Below, in pieces: positions 57,900 to 64,000 of a stretch of DNA of 64,000 bases. The translations under genes were made by a program, and so were the position numbers. This stretch comes from Saccharofermentanales bacterium (GTDB taxonomy: Bacteria; Bacillota; Clostridia; Saccharofermentanales; DTU023): positions 9,431 through 73,430 of the forward strand of contig JBMNTB010000002.1 in assembly GCA_050945515.1 (NCBI GenBank). Direction: 5' to 3'. Under the pieces are notes generated by a model. That model was not told the origin of the DNA. It ran no database searches and worked only from the letters and a program-made list of their open reading frames with translations. Every line of letters starts with the position of its first letter. Position 1 is the stretch's first letter.

Positions 57900-59259
57900 T
57901 GTCAGCGAATTAAATCAATATGTTGCCAAGGTTCTCAGCCAGGACTTTTTGCTAAATTCTCTCCGGGTAGAGGGTGAGATCTCCGGTGGCAAACTTTATC
58001 CATCGGGTCATTATTATTTTACTCTAAAAGATAGCAAGGCTCAGATTAGCTGTGTCTGTTTTAAATCTGCAATGTCTAATCTTGATTTTAAGCCGGTTGA
58101 TGGACAACATGTAATTGTTGCCGGATATGCCACCATTTATGAACAAGGCGGTAGGTTTCAGATCATTGTCCGTTCTATAGAGCGAGCAGGGGAAGGCTTG
58201 CTGTATGCTAGATTTGTTGAATTGAGAGACCGTTTACAGAAAAGGGGTCTCTTTGCTGAGGAGAGGAAGAAAGAGATTCCTTTTCTGCCGGAACGAATTG
58301 GAATTATTACTTCTTTGGAGGGGGCAGTTATTCGTGATATTGTCCATATTCTACGCAGGAGATTCCCCGGTTTTGTTATTAAAATTTTTCCGGTGTCGGT
58401 TCAAGGATCTTCCTCGGCCCAGGAAATTGTTACTGCCTTGGCATTGGCTAATAGTGAAGCTGACTGTGATGTTCTGATTATCTGCCGTGGCGGCGGATCA
58501 CTTGAAGATTTGATGCCATTTAATAGCGAAGAGGTTGCTCTGGCAGTTTCCGCTTCAGAAATTCCTGTTATTTCTGCCGTTGGCCATGAAACTGATTATA
58601 CAATTTGTGATTTCGTTTCTGATTTGAGAGCGCCTACGCCCTCAGCAGCAGCTGAACTGGTTTTGCCTCGGAAGTCTGATTTATTGACAAAGCTGGATAT
58701 GTATCGCAATCGAATGAGGACACTTCTTTTACATGCTTTTGACCTGGCAAATAGCAAATTAAAACATTTGACGGAGCGTCCTGTTTTGAAACAAGGTGAT
58801 TATTTAATCAGTTCACGGGCGCAAAAATTAGATATGCTGAGTTGGCGCTTGCAGAGCAGTCTGAATGCCGTATCTGCAGATCAACCCTCACGACTTGCCA
58901 GGTTGAAAGATAGGATTGAAAGATCAAGTTTAAGCATACTGCAGCACCAATCTGTTCTTCTTGAGAAAAGCCGGGATATGCTCAGAGCAAATATGTCTCA
59001 AAGGCTATCACATGAACGTTTGAGTCTGGACAAACTGACGGCTAAACTTCTAGCTTTAGATCCCAATGCTGTTGTCAGGAGAGGCTATGCCAGGTTGAGC
59101 TGCATAGAAACCGGCAAAGCAATAAGCTCACTGGAACAGTTAGCTATAGGTGCCGATATACGCATTTATCTGGCAGATGGAATTGCTGATGCCAGGATCA
59201 AAGAGCTTTGGCCTTTGGAATTATTAGATAACTTGCAGGAGGGGAGCCTTCCTGATTGA
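57886..59259 (+). CDS. xseA: exodeoxyribonuclease VII large subunit
   Basis: MKILSVSELNQYVAKVL..VEGEISG..SGHYYFTLKD.., RGGGSLEDL and AVGHETD are present. It overlaps the nusB end by 14 nt. Confidence 0.93.
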   Translation: MKILSVSELNQYVAKVLSQDFLLNSLRVEGEISGGKLYPSGHYYFTLKDSKAQISCVCFKSAMSNLDFKPVDGQHVIVAGYATIYEQGGRFQIIVRSIERAGEGLLYARFVELRDRLQKRGLFAEERKKEIPFLPERIGIITSLEGAVIRDIVHILRRRFPGFVIKIFPVSVQGSSSAQEIVTALALANSEADCDVLIICRGGGSLEDLMPFNSEEVALAVSASEIPVISAVGHETDYTICDFVSDLRAPTPSAAAELVLPRKSDLLTKLDMYRNRMRTLLLHAFDLANSKLKHLTERPVLKQGDYLISSRAQKLDMLSWRLQSSLNAVSADQPSRLARLKDRIERSSLSILQHQSVLLEKSRDMLRANMSQRLSHERLSLDKLTAKLLALDPNAVVRRGYARLSCIETGKAISSLEQLAIGADIRIYLADGIADARIKELWPLELLDNLQEGSLPD

Positions 59260-59283
59260 ATGAGAGAAAGGGAAATATCATCA

Positions 59284-59532
59284 ATGGATAATAAAGAGAC
59301 ACAATTAGAATTAAGTTACGAGGCAGCTGTGGAACGACTGGAAGAGATTGTTAATCTTCTTGAGAAGGGCGAGGCACCATTAGAAGAATCACTTAATTTA
59401 TTTAGAGAAGGTGTAACTTTGGCTAAAGCCTGCGAAGAGAAATTATCGGCGCTGACGGAGGAGATCAGCAAAATTCAGTTGGGCCCCGAGGGGAAAATGA
59501 TTGAAACTAAGGTTGAATTCCCGGATGCTTAA
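59284..59532 (+). CDS. xseB: exodeoxyribonuclease VII small subunit
   Basis: LSYEAAVERLEEIVNLLEKGEAPLEESLNLFREGVTLAKACEEKL is the canonical sequence. I prefer the ATG at 59284 because AAAGGGA lies upstream. Confidence 0.88.
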   Translation: MDNKETQLELSYEAAVERLEEIVNLLEKGEAPLEESLNLFREGVTLAKACEEKLSALTEEISKIQLGPEGKMIETKVEFPDA

Positions 59533-60433
59533 ATCAGATTTTAATGCCGTGCTTCTTCAGCACCAGATAGCTATCGAAAGCTTCTTGGAGGATTATACAT
59601 CGAATTATACTGAAACCTCGGGAAGTAGTGCCGCTATAGCGTCCAGATATAGTCTGCTGGGTGGCGGCAAACGTATCCGGCCAATCTTGCTAATAGAAGT
59701 AGCTAAGCTGTATGGTGTCAAAGAGTCAGACTATCACCCTTTTGCGGCTGCAATTGAAATGATTCACACCTATTCGTTGATCCATGATGATTTACCGGCC
59801 ATGGATGATGATGACCTAAGACGGGGGCAGCCCTCATGCCATAAAAAATACGGAGAAGCCACAGCCATTTTGGCAGGGGATCTTTTGTTGACAGCCGCTT
59901 TTGAGATTATGTTGCGGGATATATCTCATTCATCTGCGTTAATAGAAGAAAAGATTCAGGCTGCACTGCTGATTGCTGAAGCTGCCGGCGGTCAAGGTAT
60001 GATCGCCGGGCAATGTCTGGATTTGCAGTTAGAACAAGTTAAGGCGACAGAAATCATATTGACTGACCTGCAACATAAGAAAACAGGCGCATTACTGGTT
60101 GCTTCCTTGCTGGCAGGAGCTGTTTTGGGAAAAGCTACTGAGTTTGAGATCGGCCTATGGAAGCAGCTAGGTTTAATATGGGGCTTAATATTTCAGATGG
60201 TGGACGATGTGCTTGATTTTACTTCTGACGCGTCGGTGCTTGGAAAATCAACCGGTAAAGATGAGCGCGATCAAAAAAGTACCTTTGTTACGGTCTATGG
60301 TCTTAGTATGACAAAGGAATTGATCAGAAAAGAACAGGGCAAAGCCTTAAAGCTGCTGGAAATATTGGCAGACGAGCAGGATATAGGTTTTTTTGTGGCC
60401 TTGAACGATTATCTTCCTGAACGGGCTAAATAG
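59525..60433 (+). CDS. ispA: (2E,6E)-farnesyl diphosphate synthase / polyprenyl synthetase
   Basis: Both Asp-rich motifs are present: LIHDDLPAMDDDDLRRG (FARM) and FQMVDDVLD (SARM). It overlaps the xseB stop by 8 nt. Confidence 0.9.
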   Translation: MLKSDFNAVLLQHQIAIESFLEDYTSNYTETSGSSAAIASRYSLLGGGKRIRPILLIEVAKLYGVKESDYHPFAAAIEMIHTYSLIHDDLPAMDDDDLRRGQPSCHKKYGEATAILAGDLLLTAAFEIMLRDISHSSALIEEKIQAALLIAEAAGGQGMIAGQCLDLQLEQVKATEIILTDLQHKKTGALLVASLLAGAVLGKATEFEIGLWKQLGLIWGLIFQMVDDVLDFTSDASVLGKSTGKDERDQKSTFVTVYGLSMTKELIRKEQGKALKLLEILADEQDIGFFVALNDYLPERAK

Positions 60434-60434
60434 G

Positions 60435-62342
60435 ATGACAATAACAGATATGGACAGTTGGCCCACAGCACAGGACATAGGTGCAATGACTCTACAGCAA
60501 AAGGAGCAGCTTGCTGTACGACTTCGTAACTATATTATCCAATGTACTGCTAAAAATGGCGGCCATTTGTCTTCAAATCTTGGAGTGGTAGAGTTAACAA
60601 TTGCCCTATTGTCTACATATGATTTTCCGACTGATTCTGTGATTTTTGATGTGGGACATCAGTGTTATAGCTGGAAGATTTTGACCGGCAGGGCTAAAGA
60701 ATTCAAAAACCTCAGACAGGAGGGAGGTATCTCAGGCTTTCCTAAAACAGCAGAGAGTGAATATGACAGTTTCAACACGGGTCATAGTAGCACATCAATG
60801 TCAGCGGCATGTGGCCTGGTACGGGCGCGCAAACTGCGCCAAGAAAGTGGGAAAGTAGTTGTTATTATCGGTGATGGTGCCTTGTCCGGAGGCATGGCAT
60901 ATGAAGCCATGAACGATATTTGTCAATGCGGAGACGATATTGTAATTATTTTGAATGACAATCAAATGTCAATTGACCATGTAGTGGGCGGATTTGCCAA
61001 GCATCTCGAGCATTTGCGCTTGGCACCTGGGTATCTATCACTCAAAAGCCGCTGGCTAACTAGATTGCAGCGAGTACCATTAATTGGAAATCTACTGGTT
61101 AAAAGCATTGAGGCATTGAAACGGACAGGGAGAAATATTATTCACAATTATCGTGGAGCCAGTTCAATGTTTGAGCAATTGGGGTTTAGATATTATGGGC
61201 CGGTTGATGGACATGATATTAATCAACTGGAGAGGTATCTGCGTTCTGCACGAGCAATAAAAGGTCCGGTGTTGGTTCATGTCATAACTCAAAAAGGCAA
61301 AGGCTATTCTTATGCAGAAGAAAAGCCATCAGAATATCATGGAGTCGTCCCTTTTGAAATTGAGGTGGGGATTAACGGTTATCTTAAGACTGAGTCACAG
61401 TTTAGTTGGTCAGAGGTTTTCGGCCAGACAATGATAGAACTAGGCAAAAACAATCCTGCTGTCTGTGCCATATCAGCTGCTATGACTTCAGGAACAGGTT
61501 TACTGGAATTTGAGACACAGTTTCCGGATAGATTTTTCGATGTAGGGATAGCTGAACAACATGCTCTTACATTAGCAGCTGGATTGGCTAAAGGCGGTAT
61601 GAGACCCTTTGTAGCCCTTTACAGCACTTTTTTGCAAAGAGGCATCGATCAGCTATTGCATGATATTTGTCTGCAAAATTTGCCTGTTACAATAGCGGTA
61701 GATAGAGCGGGAGCTGTCGGTGGTGACGGCGAAACTCATCAGGGGATATATGATTTGTCATTGACAATGTCTTTCCCTAACTTAGAGGTTTTTGCCCCTG
61801 CAACTGCGAATGACTTGCGGTCATTACTAAAAATAGCTCTGGAAAAGAATAATCCTGTATTGATTAGATATCCAAAAGACTTGGCTTTTGATTTTCCTGA
61901 GATCGATCGACAGTCTCAGACCGAAGATAAATTTGATCCATATCGCATCAGAAAGGTCAGAGCCGGAGGAGATATGGTTGTCTTGGCACTGGGGACTATG
62001 GTTTTTCCTGCACTGGCAGCCGCTGACGATTTACTAAAAAAAGGTATAAGCATCAGTGTATATTCATCTATCTGTGTTAATTCATGCAGTATTCATGATA
62101 TTATAAGTATAATTAAAGATACGAAGCGACTGCTGGTTATTGAGGATGGCATCAAGAAGTCCGGTTGGGCAGAAAGCATTATCTCACAGCTTTGCTCCTC
62201 TGTAGATGGGTTAGTTTCAGAACATCTGGGGATCATATACCCGCTGGCAGGCCAGGCTAAACGATCCAGTTTGCTTTCTGCCTCAGGTCTGGACAAGCAA
62301 GGCATAATAAAGGCAGTTGAATCGTTAATTATTCATGAATAG
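60435..62342 (+). CDS. dxs: 1-deoxy-D-xylulose-5-phosphate synthase
   Basis: Motifs seen: GGHLSSNLGVVELTIAL, DVGHQCY, the TPP motif IIGDGALSGGMAYEAMND, and GIAEQHA. Confidence 0.95.
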   Translation: MTITDMDSWPTAQDIGAMTLQQKEQLAVRLRNYIIQCTAKNGGHLSSNLGVVELTIALLSTYDFPTDSVIFDVGHQCYSWKILTGRAKEFKNLRQEGGISGFPKTAESEYDSFNTGHSSTSMSAACGLVRARKLRQESGKVVVIIGDGALSGGMAYEAMNDICQCGDDIVIILNDNQMSIDHVVGGFAKHLEHLRLAPGYLSLKSRWLTRLQRVPLIGNLLVKSIEALKRTGRNIIHNYRGASSMFEQLGFRYYGPVDGHDINQLERYLRSARAIKGPVLVHVITQKGKGYSYAEEKPSEYHGVVPFEIEVGINGYLKTESQFSWSEVFGQTMIELGKNNPAVCAISAAMTSGTGLLEFETQFPDRFFDVGIAEQHALTLAAGLAKGGMRPFVALYSTFLQRGIDQLLHDICLQNLPVTIAVDRAGAVGGDGETHQGIYDLSLTMSFPNLEVFAPATANDLRSLLKIALEKNNPVLIRYPKDLAFDFPEIDRQSQTEDKFDPYRIRKVRAGGDMVVLALGTMVFPALAAADDLLKKGISISVYSSICVNSCSIHDIISIIKDTKRLLVIEDGIKKSGWAESIISQLCSSVDGLVSEHLGIIYPLAGQAKRSSLLSASGLDKQGIIKAVESLIIHE

Positions 62343-62352
62343 GTGACAGGCA

Positions 62353-63207
62353 ATGCATTTTGCTATCTATCCAAATGTAAGTCGTGATCCCGATTTAAAA
62401 TATACGATGCGTCTGATTGATGCCATTGAGAGTAATGGTGGAACTGCCTGGATCTCAGCTCATGATCTGGAGCAGTTTCATTATGGAAATTTGCAGTGGG
62501 GTATACCGGAAAAACCTGAATTTGTTATCAGTTTGGGGGGTGATGGCACTTTCTTAAGCTCAATGGGGGTTCCTGGCCTAGAGCAAATTCCCAGAGTTGG
62601 TGTGAATCTTGGCTCAGTGGGATTCCTGCAAGAGATATTGCCTGAAGAGATCGAGTCTAAAGTAAGGTATCTATTTGCCGGTGATTTTCAAATTGTTCAA
62701 AGAGCTATGTTTTGTGCTGAGTGTTATGACCCTGCAGGTAAGGTTCATGCGCGGGTAGAAGCATTAAATGATGTCATGCTGACTCGGGGAGGATCATCAA
62801 ATATTATTAAAGTTGATCTTTTTATCAATGGCAGTAAAGTTGAGATGATTCCCGGCGATGGTGTGATCGTAGCCACAGCAACAGGTTCTACCGCCTATTC
62901 CTTGTCCTGTGGCGGTCCGATTGTGCATCCGAGTCTTGACATTATGGTTATCACACCAATCTGTCCGCATACGCTGCACAATCGATCGTATATCACTGAT
63001 AGAAGCAGTACCGTGCGCTTACAATTGGTTGATCAGTCAAGAACAGCAACGGTATCTGTTGATGGCAGAGCTATTATTCCGCTGCAAATGGGTGGATATG
63101 TTGATGTCTATCTCTCAGACAAATTTCTACCCTATATTATTTTTGGTGAAGATAATTTTTATGAAAAACTACCAATCAAAATTCAGAAAAGGGGGATAAG
63201 TCAATGA
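62353..63207 (+). CDS. nadK: NAD kinase
   Basis: SLGGDGTFL, NLGSVGFL and ATATGSTAYSLSCGGPIV are present. Confidence 0.9.
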   Translation: MHFAIYPNVSRDPDLKYTMRLIDAIESNGGTAWISAHDLEQFHYGNLQWGIPEKPEFVISLGGDGTFLSSMGVPGLEQIPRVGVNLGSVGFLQEILPEEIESKVRYLFAGDFQIVQRAMFCAECYDPAGKVHARVEALNDVMLTRGGSSNIIKVDLFINGSKVEMIPGDGVIVATATGSTAYSLSCGGPIVHPSLDIMVITPICPHTLHNRSYITDRSSTVRLQLVDQSRTATVSVDGRAIIPLQMGGYVDVYLSDKFLPYIIFGEDNFYEKLPIKIQKRGISQ

Positions 63208-63701
63208 AACCTTCAAAGGGTCAGAGACAGTCACGGATTCTGCAGATAATTCGCGAACGATCCGTCGAGACTCAAGAGGAACTGGTCGAAGTGCTGCGCA
63301 AAACTGGTATGGAAGTTACGCAAGCAACAATTTCACGAGATATTAAAGAATTAGGTATCGTTAAAGTTTCAACTGGTGAAGGGAAACAGAAGTATGTACC
63401 TATGGATCGGAGCGGAGAAGTGGCTTCAGGACGTTTGATGAAAGTTTTTTCCGAAGCTGTGATCATGATTGAGGTAGCTGTTAACTTTGTAATCATCAAA
63501 ACCTTGCCCGGCATGGCTCAAGCAGCTGCCTCTGCCTTGGATTCGATGCATCTTAGAGATCTGCTAGGTTCATTGGCCGGCGATGATACAGTTTTTCTTG
63601 CTACTGTTTCAGATGCTAAAGCACAAGAACTTCGTTCTAAGTTGATTGCTCTGTCGCAATCCGATCCCAAAATGGGTAAAAGTCTTTTTGAGGAGAATTG
63701 A
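63204..63701 (+). CDS. argR: arginine repressor
   Basis: RQSRILQIIRERSVETQEELVEVLRKTGMEVTQATISRDIKELG.. is followed by the C-terminal GDDTVFL motif. The start overlaps the nadK stop as ATGA. Confidence 0.92.
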   Translation: MKPSKGQRQSRILQIIRERSVETQEELVEVLRKTGMEVTQATISRDIKELGIVKVSTGEGKQKYVPMDRSGEVASGRLMKVFSEAVIMIEVAVNFVIIKTLPGMAQAAASALDSMHLRDLLGSLAGDDTVFLATVSDAKAQELRSKLIALSQSDPKMGKSLFEEN

Positions 63702-63703
63702 GC

Positions 63704-64000
63704 GTGCTGTCCCGGGTAGAGATTACGGACTTTGCCCTGATAGAACATATAATCTTGTCTCCCAGTCCTGGGCTAACTGTTATCAGCGGTGAGACCGGCG
63801 CGGGGAAATCTATTCTAATCGATGCAATTGGAGCTTTAACAGGTCAAAGAGCAAGCCGGGACTTTGTGAGGACTGGATCTGAAAAAGCCAAAATTGAAGC
63901 GGTCATGATTAAACATGATCCGGCAGATGACAAAGATTTCACATCCGATTGTGACCAAGTGCTTTTATCGCGAACAATTTTTGCCCAAGGAGGATCTGAG
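63704..64000 (+). CDS. recN: DNA repair protein RecN, N-terminal fragment (3' end outside window)
   Basis: The GTG start at 63704 lies 8 nt after GAGGAG. The translation is VLSRVEITDFALIEHIILSPSPGLTVISGETGAGKSILIDAIGALTGQRAS.., with Walker A. The argR-recN order is canonical. Confidence 0.9.
   Translation, partial: MLSRVEITDFALIEHIILSPSPGLTVISGETGAGKSILIDAIGALTGQRASRDFVRTGSEKAKIEAVMIKHDPADDKDFTSDCDQVLLSRTIFAQGGSE

Overview
This 64 kb window reads as core chromosome from a moderate-GC Bacillota (Clostridia-like) organism. It holds about 55 protein genes, all but three on the + strand, many with overlapping or abutting stop and start codons. There are three tRNAs: Glu-CUC on the minus strand, and Gly-UCC plus Arg-UCU in tandem. 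I found no rRNA, CRISPR array, transposase, integrase or phage genes, and no recognisable defence or toxin-antitoxin module. The recognisable blocks, in order, are: infC (3' end)-rpmI-rplT-TrmH-family methyltransferase; pepF; two unknown membrane proteins; uvrA; clpE-like; pgi; a fused B12-binding radical SAM/DUF2344 protein; a SASA-like esterase; valS; fba; ligA; an AT-rich two-gene islet with an orphan Spo0A C-domain protein; hup; capD-like/FHA-fused SEDS/class B PBP/ECF sigma/anti-sigma candidate; polA-coaE; ychF; comM-dprA-topA-trmFO-queA-tgt; a TM-SH3b protein; ald; a divergent type IIA topoisomerase B/A pair with a coupled NodB-like gene; a yqeG-like HAD phosphatase; efp; asp23-amaP-DUF2273; and nusB-xseA-xseB-ispA-dxs-nadK-argR-recN (5' end). 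This is overwhelmingly housekeeping DNA, and I cannot point to a clear-cut new multi-gene system. The best leads are: (1) the compact envelope module at 25.4-32.3 kb, in which a SEDS polymerase carries an FHA domain that seems to lack the canonical phosphothreonine-contact residues and is followed by a bPBP and an ECF sigma/anti-sigma pair; (2) the receiver-less Spo0A effector-domain protein; (3) a divergent topoisomerase II pair translationally coupled to a NodB-like protein with substituted catalytic motifs. Several envelope-associated proteins here (FHA, PP2C-like, NodB-like, SASA-like) have substitutions at recognisable catalytic or ligand-contact residues. All domain calls are by-eye motif recognition from the supplied translations, not database searches. 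Start codons were re-picked where a homologous N-terminus or a Shine-Dalgarno sequence argued against the longest ORF.
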